From the NCBI RefSeq assembly GCF_001194135.2, contig NC_068986.1, forward strand, positions 5,132,725 to 5,196,724: 64,000 nt of DNA, in the 5' to 3' direction. The stretch's first letter is position 1, and each line of letters begins with the position of its first letter. This document shows positions 23,107-35,752 of the stretch, piece after piece. This stretch comes from Octopus bimaculoides (Eukaryota). Position numbers and translations under genes: made by a program. The notes under the pieces were generated by a model. It worked only from the letters and a program-made list of their open reading frames with translations, ran no database searches and had not been told where the DNA came from.

Positions 23107-26100
23107 GTAAAAAATAATTATCTTCAATTTATTTCTCCCACTTCTCACTCTGTTGACAGTCATCACTTTTAATTTTTAAAAAGGATATTCCAGAAACCAC
23201 TCAACGTGTTGCTGCTGTTTACTATTCTGTCATATCTGTTAACTTCAAGTTAGTCCTAATTGAGTAGATCAAAGGTATTCCAGCCACGACCATCTGGTCT
23301 CATTTTAAGACAACGTTATTAAACGTATCCTTTTCTATTTTAAGACAGCAGAGTATGAATTAAAGGAGACTTCACTGCCATTTCTAGCAGGTTCTGAGAC
23401 CACTTAGAATAGAGATATTTAGAAGATGAGTGCCAAATTACCTTGTATCGATATATTTCTAAATTCTTCCTTAATAAACACGTTTTTACCAAAGTCTAAG
23501 GTAATACATTAAACTGAGTACTGAGTTCTAAATATGTGTGTATGTTTGTATGTGTATTAAAAGTAACAGCTAGCATCATTGTATTTTCGAGAGACCAATT
23601 GTTGATAGTTTATGTTTGCTATTAAAATTACATTTCTGCATATTGATAGGAAACATATGGTTCGGGGACTCATCGTTTCCGATACTAATCGCTTATGGAA
23701 AGCTCAAATCTATACTTAGCATTAAATATCATTTGATTATACAAGTCTAACTATATATGGCCTGTAACTGGCATTCAACTCATCGTATTAACATAATCTG
23801 GAATTTTAGTATCTGGAGTAGGAATAGATCGTTCTTGTTTTCCAACCAGTCTTGTTAGATCTTCACAGAAGAAATAACAGCCGAGTCGAATAGTCACGTA
23901 CAGGCTTTCTCTGTTGCTCCAAAGATAGCAGTTGGATCTGACCAAAATAATATCGAATGGAAACGTAAATGGAGTACATTTTAGTGTCACAAGAGGCAGT
24001 TAAACTGCTGTTTAGTATTGAAAAATGAAAATATATCCTAAAATAATTTAGTAATAAGAGGAATAACATTAACCATCGATAAATTGATATTTGTGACTTC
24101 TTTTTTGTTGTTGTTATTATTATTATTATTATTATTCCAGTCGTATCTTCGATGCCTTTTAGGAACCTTTTTGTATGCACCTGTTGTCCCCTGCTTAATT
24201 CTTTGTGGGAGGGATCGTACTCAATCATATTTCATACATAGATCCGCAGTTATTTTAGTTACGTACTGCCTTACTACTGCAGATAAAAAAGGTGGGGGGT
24301 GCTTAATCGGTTTGTTGACTATATTCTAACGTCTCCTTGAGTTACCATCAAAATATTTTTTTTATTTATACTCTAAAAAGTATCTATTACATTTTTATAT
24401 TAAAGTACACTTCTAAAAGTATGAATATTTAGTGATATCTTGAAGTTTAAATGTATTGTTTCTGCTAACGAACAGGGTAATAGCTGGGTGTACATTTTCT
24501 AGATTTCGGAGATGAGAAAGCCTACCGCATGCGATATTTGCATTTGTGGTCAGTACAAAATTTTAAGAAAGCAAAAGAAGAAATACAAGTTTTTCAGCCT
24601 TAGGTATTTAAACTAGCTAAGTAAACAATGGATCCAGGAGAATTATTGAGTCTTTGTCCGCGAATGGTATGTAAACATTTCAAAAATGCCGCGAGGAAGA
24701 CGAAAAATTTCACGTTTCGGGTAGTTCTTTGACAAGTCATAACTAATAGGTGAAAAATCAGAAGAAAAATACTATTTAATCGTAGCTGAAAAATCTGAAG
24801 CAAGTATATTCAAATCTAAATCTGTTCAACAGAACTTCAACCTACAGTAGAAGCCTACCTCGAGCCTACGAGCTCATGACGACTGAACGTGCAAGATTTG
24901 AGCCAGTCATTGTGCACTAAAGAAACTTTTATCTCAAGAAGTGCCCTGTTAATATCCTGACCTAAATTAACTTACTATTATTTTTATTTGTAGCCATAGC
25001 TTTACTTCATTTAGACTCAATCTAACAGGCTCATGGGGCTGAAACTTACCTGAGATGTTTAGAGACTGAAAGTACAAGTCTTCCTCATGAATGGGACGCC
25101 AGTCCATCACAAAGTTAAGTCTCTGCTATTGCTGGTACACATTTCAAGCTTTGTGAAATAAAGTATCTTTCTCAAGGATACAGTGCACCACCCAGTCTGG
25201 AAACTTGCGATGTAATGATCTTGAGCCTAACACTAGGCCTCACTTCAATCTACAGAAGCTTATATTAGTTTCAAGTTTTGATGCAAGGCCAGAAATCTCG
25301 GGGGAGGGGTAAGTTGATCACAATGACCTTAGTACTCAACTGGTACTTATTTCATCAACTCAAAAAAGGATGAAAGGCAAAGTTGACATCCACAGCATTT
25401 GAACTCGGAACATAAAAACATACAAAGTTTTTTACCCTGCCTGCTTACAATTCTACCAGCTTGCTGCGTTACAGAAGCTTATATTAAATTTTGGACATAT
25501 GTTGTAAAGCTTGATCCTACTAAATGTGTAGTACATTCAGTGAGGTTTGATCAAATTAACCATTTCTGGATGGTTGTTATTGTTGAGTCCAAGGTTAGCC
25601 CTGACTGAGTGAGCATATCATCAAAGTCATTTCAGCCATGACCATGTATATCATGTGAGGTAAGTTTGGTTGCTTATTCTTGTACATTAGGTGACTGGGT
25701 AAAGACTTCTGTGTTGGCTCAAACTATTCCAGGTTAAAAGAAACAGGAACAATTAAGTAATATAGTGTCAATCTAAATTTTAATGCCTCAAATATTGTAG
25801 CTGTTTTAACCTTGCTATCCTGTAGGTTCAATAAAACAAACATTTACATCATCACCATCATCATTTAATGTTCATGTTCCATGTTGCCAATGGGTTTGGA
25901 TTTACTCGTTAACAGTTATTACTGGGTTTCAGCACCTGATAATTGAGTCTTTGCTTTAGAAGCACAGTTATGATTGTGTGGTTAAGGTGTTCACTTTGCA
26001 ACTATGGGGTTTGGGGTTTGATTCCACTACACAGCACCTTGATCAAGTGATTTTCTATCAAAGCCTCAGGTTGACCAAGGCTTGGTCCGGTATAAAAATT

Positions 26101-27049
26101 TGGTACTCTTGTCTTAGGTCGAATCAGTCTCACAATCTAACATTACCACTTGGTCCTTAGATGCTTTAAGTGGAGCCTTCTCTTTTACCAGCATTCAGGC
26201 CAAGTTTCCAGTCCAAGAATATCTTCTTCCTACAAATTTCAGAAGCTCTTATAGGATCATGGATGATGCCCTTCCTCTTCTGACTATCCTTTTGTTGTTG
26301 TTGTTACTAATAAGTCAGTTAAACACTTTCGTGCCATAATCTTATAACTGTACACTCTCTTGGAAATACCTTGAGTTCTCATCTTGTCAGTAATTATAAA
26401 GAATACAAACTTAGTCATAAACTTTTGACTTTTTCTGTCTTGCAAATTACTTGTCAATATCAGTAGTGTTAGTGTCATGAACGAAGTATCCAGCACACCC
26501 TGTAAAGTGGTTGCTATTAAGAAAGGCATCTAACTATAGAAACTATGCCAAAGAAGACATTGGAGTTTGACAGTTCTCTAACTCTTTGAATCCTGTTGAA
26601 GCACCCATCCCACATCAACATGAAAGCCAAGCATTAAATGAGGAAGGTGATAACAAAAAAAATAGAGACCTAATAACAGGATATAAGATAACCTTCATAG
26701 GAAACAAATAATTTTAAGTAGATAGGATAATGAAGTATTACTGTAGTTATATATGTAACTTCTCTCATATTTCTTAACTATATTAGTCACACTATTTATC
26801 TTTGTCATCTACCATTGACAACAAGCAGACTAAATTTATTTCAATTATTTGTCCAAACCATTTCATTTGCTTTTCATCTGTGCTTCATCCAATAATTCAA
26901 AACTGGTTGAAGCCACAAGATTAGGTTAATCCTCTGTGTATAAAGACAGAATCCTTTTGTTGTTATTAGAAGCATGATGTCTGTAAATTTTCCTCCAACA
27001 ACAGATTCTTATTTTTACATTTTCATTAGAGCTGTCCCAGCATTGCTCT

Positions 27050-27590
27050 CTGGTCTGGTAGTCGCTAAGAATGGCTTGAGAGTTGTGCAAGCTATTTACA
27101 GAGTTTCCATCAGAAAGTTAAGAGTTAATATTAAGTTCAGCTAGAAATTTAGCATGCAGGTTGATATCCATCAGGACTCAATTCTCAGCCCCTTCCTGTT
27201 TATTATAGTTCTCTAGACCACAATAGAGAAGTTTAAAATTGGTTGTCCTTAAGAATCTTGTACACTGGTGATCTAGTTCTCAAAGCTGAATTTGTTGAAG
27301 GTTTAGAAAAGGAATTCCAAATATGTGTGTAAAGCTTAGAATTGACAGGCTTCAAAGTAAATCTAGCAGACAAACATTTTAGTTAGCAAGAAGAAAAAAA
27401 CAAGATTGTATTGCCACCTGAGAATTAGCCATACCCATACTTAATATATAATAAAGGGACATGTAGGAATTCCATACTGTGGGTGTGAAAGTGTGTAGAC
27501 AGGTTTACCGAAAAGAAAGATTTCATGTGTGTAGCAGATATACAGTTATGGTTAAAAGTTAGAGCAGCATAACATAATTCTTTCAAATAC
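27050..27590 (+). mobile_element. Decayed RTE/RTEX LINE RT fragment
   Basis: EWLERVVQAIY...VDIHQDSILSPFLFIIVL...GDLVL resembles GVHQGSVLSPLLF...YADDL. Confidence 0.75.
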
Positions 27591-27811
27591 TTTGAAAGCT
27601 CCATAGAAGTTTTGGTGGTTTCTCTTACCTTCTTTATGTGCTATGCATACATGTGTTGACAATTATAGTCTGTCATGCCTTCCTTATGTGCATTCAACTG
27701 AGCAAGTTAGGGATTTGGTCTTTTTGGATCCACCTGGAAAGGCCAACAAGTCTCTTCCTCAGTTTCCCTGTTCTCGCTAAATGTTCAAGGCTTTATTTTT
27801 TTGTATCATGC

Positions 27812-27997
27812 GGGTGACACGTAAAAGCACCCACTACACTCTCTGAGTGGTTGGCGTTAGGAAGGGCATCCAGCTGTAGAAACTCTGCCAAATTAGATTG
27901 GAGCCTGGTGTAGCCATCCCGTTGCACCAGTCCTCAGTCAAATCGTCCAACCCATGCTAGCATGGAAAGCAGACGTTAAACGATGATGATGATGATG
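27812..27997 (+). mobile_element. Family A 3' end (young)
   Basis: Same sequence as the 8351 copy with few substitutions. Confidence 0.88.
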
Positions 27998-29823
27998 GAT
28001 AAACTTGTTGTTAAGCTTCTTGGTGGTTTCTTCTTGTCTGTCTCTATAGAATATCTTGAGGAATCATCTAAGGAACTGCATCTCAGCAGTATTGATAAAC
28101 TTTTGCACTTGTTTGTTGTTGATCCAAGTCAAACAACCACATGTAAGCATAGGTTTTATGTATACTCCTAAAACTCTTTTCCTCACTTTTATTGATAGCT
28201 GTTTATTTCACAATATTTGTTTGATTTCAAGAAAAGCCTATTCAATCTTTAGATAGATCACCTAATTAGCATTAGAAGTGGATACTCTTTAAACTTAGTA
28301 GCCAAAGTAAAAACAGAGTTAGGAAGAAAAAAACACTGTAGGTAGCTATAACCTCTGCTGTTTAGTTAGTTATTAACCCTGACCTAAGTGGAAGGAACCA
28401 ACAAAAGAGGAAGCTATAGATAGAAGTTGTGAAAGATGATCCCAGGATGCTAAAGTTCATGAAGAAGATGACAAGTAGCAAGACATTTTGCAAGGAGGAT
28501 TCATCCAACTCATGTAAGCACAGAAACACAGGTGTTAAAACGGTAGTGATGATGATACATTTGATATACCTAAAATATTGATTAGCAGTCATCATAAATA
28601 CAATTAAAGACCATAGATATTAATTTTTTATTTGTATGACATGAATCATTCTTCAAAGTAATGTATAGTTACATAATGTCCATACTATGCCATAAAATAC
28701 CATATAAAATATTTGTTCATGACAAATAGTAATTTATTGGTTAAAAGTTCTGCATAGAAACATCATCTGTTGTTTCAGATTCTGTCAGAAACTGCAGCAA
28801 AAAATTACAAGACAATTGTTATGTAATTGCTAAACCTAAAATTAGTAGTGAAATCTCACTCAATATAAACTCTACTCTCTTGTAAATAGGGTCAGATGTT
28901 TTAAGTTCTAAACAGTCCTCAACCACTTTTTAACTCAGTATCCCCTTTTACTAAACTCTGTCTTACAAATGCCCTTCCCCAGGTTTTGCAAAACAAAACA
29001 GATTTAATCTAACAGGAGCTAATTTTGTGCAGTGCTTTAATATCTATATTTTCTTATATTATCCCATGGAGGCAATATGGCTGATGCTGGACTTGTGTAA
29101 CTAGCACCCATGCCGGTGACACATAAAAAGCACCTTCCGAGTGCTGGGCCTCACAGAGGCAATGACAAATGACCAAGACCTTTGGCAATATGTTGTGCTT
29201 GAGAAGACTCATCAAGTTAAGTGAAATCATAGTTGTGGTAGATATTGGTGTCATGCAAACTGACACCCATGCCAGTGAAACATAAAAGCACCCATTACAC
29301 TTTCGAAGTGGTTGGCATTAGGAAGGGCATCCAGCCATAGAAACCATGCCAAATCAGACTAGGATCTGGCACTACCCCTCACCTTATCAGCCCTTGTCAA
29401 GCCATCCAACGTATGCCAGCATGGACATCAGACACAAATGATGATGATGATGATGATATCCCAGCCAGCATATGATCCTTTTTAGATACTTGCATAGACT
29501 AGTAACCCTATGTTGAATTTTTATGGAAATTACTAAAAACAGGCAAGGATTTACATTATAAATTATACTAGCCCTTGGTGCATCATCAATCATGTTTGTA
29601 CTCACTGATAAATGTCCTATTTATATTCCAGTTAAGACAAAGAATCTTTGAAAATATATTTTAAAGTATAATTATTGTATCTAACTTTAGTATTTTAATT
29701 CTGAGAAAAATCATAAACCCTCAAATACTCGGTGACTTCATAGTGCCCCTTTCACTTTTGTCACATCCTTGCAAACTCACAATGCCCCCAAGGGAGCACT
29801 ACTGCCCAGGTTGAGACCAATGG

Positions 29824-30224
29824 TATTCTTTTATTGGTTTCAGTCATTTGACTGTGGCCATGCTGGAGCAGCGTCTTTTTCAATCGAACAAATCGGCCCC
29901 AGGAGTTATTTTTTGTAAGCCTAGTACTTATTCTATCGGTCTCTTTTCCGAACCACTAAGTTACGGGGATGTAAACACACCAACATCAGTTGTCAAGCAA
30001 TGGTGGGGGGAGGGGGAGAAACACAGACACACAAACATATATACATATATATATGTATATACAACGAGCTTCTTTCAGTTTCCGTGTACCAAATCCACTC
30101 AGCAGGCTTTGGTCGGCCCAAGGCTACAACAGAAGACACTTGTCCAAGGAGTCATGTAGTGGGATTGAACCCAGAACCATGTGGTTGGGAAGCAAGCTTC
30201 TTATCATACAGCCACTCCTGCGCC
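29824..30224 (-). mobile_element. tRNA-derived SINE family B (full length). Other copies at 40589-40990 (-), 33790-34080 (+), 39380-39620 (+), 12290-12690 (+), 30520-30880 (+), 36705-36960 (+), 52250-52620 (+)
   Basis: Head ggagtggctgtatgataagaagcttgcttcccaaccacatggttctgggttcaatccc, internal microsatellite, tail gactgaaac(a)agtaaaagagta. Confidence 0.8.
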
Positions 30225-32259
30225 TATACTTTCAGTAAAGCTTAGACCAACACAGAATACTGATCAAAAGCTGTGACGTCATCCCAAAACTGGCAACTTG
30301 ATTTCTGACTTGTAGATTGTTTTTAATGAGTTTCATCCACAACCTTCAGTCAGCATTTCATCATCATCAGTTAACATCCAGCTTCCATGCTGTCTGTGAA
30401 GGTTAACTGACTAGTACATAATGTCCATTTTAAATTAAATATGTAAGGCATACATGCAATGATTATAACATAGATAATTAATTGATTAATCAACAATGCA
30501 CTTTCAGGTAGATTAGACACAGACATAATTGCATAGTTAAGAAATGTGCTTTGCAACTGTGTGGTTTATAGTTCAGTCCTATTGTGTGGTACCCTAGGCA
30601 AGTGTCTTGTACAACCAATGCCTTGTGAGGGAATTTGGTAGAGAGTGAAACTCTGTAGAAACCCATTGTGTGTGTGTGCACGCACACATTTTTGTGTATA
30701 TATTTGTCCCTCCATCACTCAACAATCAGTGTTGGTTTGTTTGTGTCTCCATAACTTAGCTGCTTGGCAAAAAGAGACTGATAGAATAAGTATTGGAGTT
30801 AATTTCTTTGACTTGAACCTTTCAAAATAGTACCCTAGCATAGCCCATTCCAGTTTCACTGAAACAAGTAAAAGAGTAAGAGAACCAGTCTGACTTGCAA
30901 ACTCCCAATCTCTCAATGGACAGATGACTATTTTTTCTCTAATGCAGATCTAACGAAACTAGAAAGCTGTCAGATGATTTCCTCTTCTTTCTGTTTACAG
31001 AAAGATTAACACAAATGGTGTAGCCGCTTTGTGTAGCTTTCAAAGTGAGGCTAAAATTTTATGTGTTTTAAAACAATAATTACACCTTGCTTGCTTCAGG
31101 TCACCCCATTAATCATTGATTTTTATCTCTATTCTAAGCTAGTTTAGCTATAAATTTCTCATATCTTATTCCTATAATCAATCACATTTCATCCTCGTGT
31201 TTTATATAGTTTCTTCTGAACATTTTATATTTCAAAATATAGTATTATCTCAAGTATAATGCAACCCTACAAAACACACTTTTTTGTAATTAAAAATATT
31301 TATGATCTTTGGTTGTTGAGTCTCACAAAGGCGATGACAAGTGACCAAGACTTCTGGCAATTTTCTGTGCTTCAGAAACACATCAAGCTAAGCGAACTCA
31401 TGATCATGGCACATAAAAGGTACCCATGCCAGTGACACATATATGGCACCCATTTCAATGACACATAAAGGATGCCCAATGCACTCTGTGAAGTAGTTGG
31501 CCTTAGGAAGGGCATCCAGCTCTAGAAACCAAGCCCAAACAGATGACTGGAGCCTGCTGCGTCTCTGGCTCACCAACTCCAGTCAAACCATCTAACCCAT
31601 GCCAACATAGGAAACGGACATTAAATGATAATGATGATGCAATATTTAATATAACATTGTAAGCCTTATGCCTGATTTTTCACATCCATTCTTTTATCAT
31701 AAAAGTGTATATTGAAAACATTTTATTTTCACTAATAGCATATTCTATTGATATAACATTTCCATTTTAAACTGTAATCTTTTAAATCATTTAATCACTT
31801 TTAAATAATACAATGTAAAACTACACATCACTACTAACCTGGTAACAGGATTAACAACCGTCATTGGATCTATTCACTAAACATTTAATGTTTCATAGCT
31901 GTAAGCAATTAAGTGTATAAATTAATTGTTAGACATCTCAGGTCTACTATCTTTGTTTTCACAGGTTTGTTGTTCATTCATTTACAGATCTGTTTTTCCA
32001 TGTTAGCATGGGTTGAACAAATATGTTCAACCATTGTGTTATAGCAAGATACCCTTCCCTAATTTTCAAGAAATAGATATTTTTTCCCATTTATCTTTGG
32101 AAGCTCAGGATTATGGGATGATTATTAACCAGGAATGTCAACAAATATCACCCTATTTTTTTTTATCATCGCCTGTACTTGCTTCCATGCAAGCACAGGC
32201 AATGTAAACAATCACACAAACAAACATGCATGTTCACACACGTGCGCACACACATACAC

Positions 32260-32296
<37 letters not shown>

Positions 32297-32306
32297 NNNN
32301 NNNNNN

Positions 32307-32347
<41 letters not shown>

Positions 32348-33159
32348 CAAATATGCAAGAAACAAAAGACAAAGACAGGTCTAGGAATAACAAGCAGGTG
32401 TATTAATTTAACATTCAGGAAGAATGGAAAAGACTTCTACATTTTGAGCTTACACTCTTCAACAGAAAGGATTAAGAGGTAAAAAAAGAGAGAATAAAAA
32501 AATAAAACAGAAAGAGAAGAAAATGGCAAAGTTATAAAAATACAGAGTTCAAAAGTTCAGAAAGTTTAAAGTCATGGTAGATTAGTGCAATTTACATCAA
32601 CGAAAGTAGCCAGTAAGATCCATGGAGGTAGAGTCCAAAAGAGTATGAAGATCCAGTGATAATCTCGGTAGATTGCTAGTTATGTGGATGAGGAGGTGTT
32701 TGTTGGTGTGCATGCATGTGAGAGTGAAGAAAAGAATGGCAATAGCACTCAACTCATGTAGTTGAAATTGTATTTATTGAGTAATGGATTGACTCTGCTG
32801 CCACAAAATTGTTGGACTAAGTCAACCTGTTACTTGATATACACACGTGGATGGACAAATAAAAGAAAAAGGCACTCAAAACATTCAGTAGGAGTTACAT
32901 GTATTATTTTTAAATAGTTTGATTTGGCTCTATGCGATTTGAAATTTTGCGGGCCTCTAACATAAGCTTGTCTCTTTCAAGCTTAGATTACTGAATGGAG
33001 AAATACAGGAAGTCCAAGATGGCTACCAGAAAATAGGTTGCTATGGGTCATATGGTGTTATCAGAGTAGGATCAGTTGCTCAGCAACATCAGTTCCTTTA
33101 AAAAGGGGAATTCCTTTGTTTCTGGACAGGAAGTATTTTTTTCATATATGTATATGTAC

Positions 33160-33475
33160 AGTTCTATATTTAAGAGATGAGGAATTATGTACATTATTTA
33201 CATTTGATGGATATTTGTCCTCATCTTGTTTGTTGTTAACACAATGTTTCGGCTGATATACTCTCCAGCNNNNNNNNNNATCTTGTTTGTTGTTAACACA
33301 ATGTTTCGGCTGATATACTCTCCAGCATTCTTCAGGTGTCTTGGGGAAATTTCAAACCAGGGTTCTCATTCCTAAGGTATTTTTTGATGTTATTAAAACG
33401 AATTAATTATTATTATTATTCAGGTCACTGCCTGGAATCGAACTCAGAATCTTGGGGTTAGTAGCCCACACTCTT
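33160..33475 (-). mobile_element. Family E left copy, inverted and directly abutting the right copy; spans an N gap
   Basis: Reverse complement of the right copy, lacking the first ~18 nt of the head; hammerhead core decayed (CTGAAGA...GAAACATT). Confidence 0.8.
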
Positions 33476-33714
33476 GCATATGGCATAGTGGTTAAGAGCG
33501 CAGGCTACTAAACCCAGGATTCCGAGTTCGATTCCAGGCAGTGGCCTGAATAATAATAATAATAATAATAACATCGAAAAATACCTAAGGAATGAGAACC
33601 CTGGTTTGAAATTTCCCCAAGACACCTGATGAAGGCTGGAGGGTATATCAGCCGAAACGTTGTGTTAACAACAAACAAGATGAGGACAAATATATGTCAA
33701 ATGTAAATAATGTA
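33476..33714 (+). mobile_element. tRNA-headed SINE-like element with (AAT)n spacer and Penelope-type hammerhead tail (family E), right copy
   Basis: Box A TGGCATAGTGG 33481-33491, anticodon-like arm with CT-ACT-AA loop, box B AGTTCGATTCC 33525-33535, hammerhead core at 33621-33666. Confidence 0.8.
33621..33666 (+). ncRNA. Minimal type I hammerhead ribozyme motif (Penelope-like)
   Basis: Stem I GACAC/GTGTT; core CTGATGA plus extra A; stem II GGCTG/CAGCC with 10-nt loop; GAAAC; palindromic (A)ACGT(T) in place of stem III; predicted cleavage after GTT (between 33661 and 33662). Confidence 0.72.
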
Positions 33715-34078
33715 TAAATATATAGTTCAAATTTACAGAAAACAAAAGATAAAGACAGGTGATGGTAATAAGCAACTTGCTAGGTGTCAGCATAGCTGTG
33801 TGGTAAGAAGCTTGCTTCCCAACCACATGGTTCCAGGTTCAGTCCTACTGCATGGCACTTTAGGCAAGTGGAAACTGAAAGAAGCCCGTCATATATATAT
33901 ATTTGTGTGTGTGTGTCTGTCCCCCCACCACCAGCACCATTGCTTAACAACCGATGTTGTTGCGTTTACATTCCCATAACTTAGCAGTTCAGCAAAAGAC
34001 ATTGATAGACTAAGTACCAGATGTTAAAAGATAAGTCTTGGGGTTGCAGTCAAATGACTGAAACAAGTAGAAGATAAA

Positions 34079-34157
<79 letters not shown>

Positions 34158-35632
34158 GGGAGATACACTCTTCCACAGAAAGGAACACACAAAGAAACAA
34201 GGAGAGAAAAAAATGTGTGTAGTGGTTAGCGATCTATCATGGCGATATATATATATATATATATATAATATTAATAATTACTTACACAATATTTATTTTC
34301 TAGTTATATACAGCATATTACAATGACCTACATGTGGTTCCACTGTAGTGACTGCACATTGTTGCAGATGCAACCTTGCAATATTGTCAGTCCAGTTTCA
34401 TCAGGATCCGTCCATTTGGTCTTCTAAAAATATGAGAAAATGAACTGGACAACTTCTCCGATTGTGATCGCTGCCAGCCCCCCCCCCCCNNNNNNNNNNA
34501 TAAAAAGCACCCACTACACTCTCGGAGTGGTTGGCTTTAGGAAAGGCATCCAGCGGTAGAAACACTGCCAGATAAGACTGGAGCCTGGTGCAGCCTCCTG
34601 GCTTCCCAGACCCCAGTCGAATTGCCCAGCCCATGCCAGCATGGAAAACGGGCATTAAACGATGATGATGATATATATATGCTTAATTGGCAAAATTTAC
34701 AAAGTGCCTCAAGAGCTGAGTGTTTTGTGCATTGACACTTATCAAACTAGTTTGATAAATAACTGTTCTGGTTCTTTGCACTGTGACAGAAATGTATACA
34801 ATGACATGGTGCCAAGTTGTATTGGCCTAAGTTGGTTGCCTTTCCTTTGGAGAACACCAGTGGTGTGGTAAAGAGAGACTTGTATACATAAGTCATCATC
34901 AGTCTCTGCTAAAAAAAAGCAGTCTTGCTTAGACCTGCTCATATGAGGAGGCGCAGAAAAGTTCCTGGCTTTGGGTAAAAGAAAACACTGGAGGATCAGT
35001 TAACTATGATTTTATTCAACATATTCACCTCTCAGATTCACACACTTATTGCAGCAGTACTTCAGTTTTCTAAGCTCTATAAAAGAACTCGGAAGGTTGA
35101 GCCTCCAACCAGGCCTTTCGCTACACCCTTAAAGCCAGGAACTTTTCAACACTCCCCCATACAAGTGTAAATAAATAATCAGTCTTCACCAACAGAGGCT
35201 TACTCCTGGTCTTGCCATGTCATTGTGTCCACAAGGGTTTTAAAGGTAGCTTGAGACAGGAATTGAACTAACCAGTCTCATTACTTTAATAATTCATCAA
35301 GTTTCCTTCAGTTTTTCTGAATTATGATTGTATATCATAAAAAATGATTGAATTATTATATTAACTTCAAGTTGACAGACAAGTTATTAATATATTGCTT
35401 TTAACATCTGCAAGTGTAGCATCACAAACAGGATTGTCAATACATTGACCTGGTTGATGGGTTTTTTTTTATTGTTGTTTGTTGGATTCCATATATTTAT
35501 TGCTGAACAAGTTTTTAATAAGTTATTTCATGTCAATGTTGTATCTGTTGTTTTCTTTCTTTCTTTTTTTATTATTGACTACCAAACTCCATTTATCGTT
35601 TTTTTTATTATTCATTTTTGTCTTTGAATTAG

Positions 35633-35752
35633 TTATCTGGCACTGTAGATGATTGTGAATGCAAAGTAGAAAATGTTGACTTTTTCAACAATCTTCGAGT
35701 ACAACCATTATTGCACAAGATTCTCCAAACAGATTACTTCAGATATTTCAAA
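35633..35752 (+). CDS. ERO1L: ERO1-like exon 2 (LSGTVDDCECKVENVDFFNNLRVQPLLHKILQTDYFRYFK)
   Basis: 120 nt, AG/GT flanks (donor GTAAGT); DDCxC and DYFRYFK are ERO1 motifs. Confidence 0.96.

Noticed and set aside
23750-24950. CpG-rich stretches in ERO1 intron 1 as a hidden gene (e.g. MPRGRRK...)
   Set aside because: All frames are interrupted by stops and no recognisable domain was seen.
33223-33326. Apparent tandem duplication of the hammerhead 3' half across the N gap
   Set aside because: The 47-bp segments on either side of the gap are identical, typical of unmerged contig overlap. Treated as an artefact unless long reads show otherwise, though tandem ends do occur in Penelope elements.
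33476-33548. tRNA gene calls for tRNA-like heads (also ~44950-45020 and family B heads)
   Set aside because: No proper acceptor stem or terminator, and each is fused to a repeated body; they are SINE heads.
34390-34490. CTGATGA on the minus strand next to the poly-C and N gap as another hammerhead
   Set aside because: No stem II or GAAA follows; the sequence abuts a gap and may be low quality.
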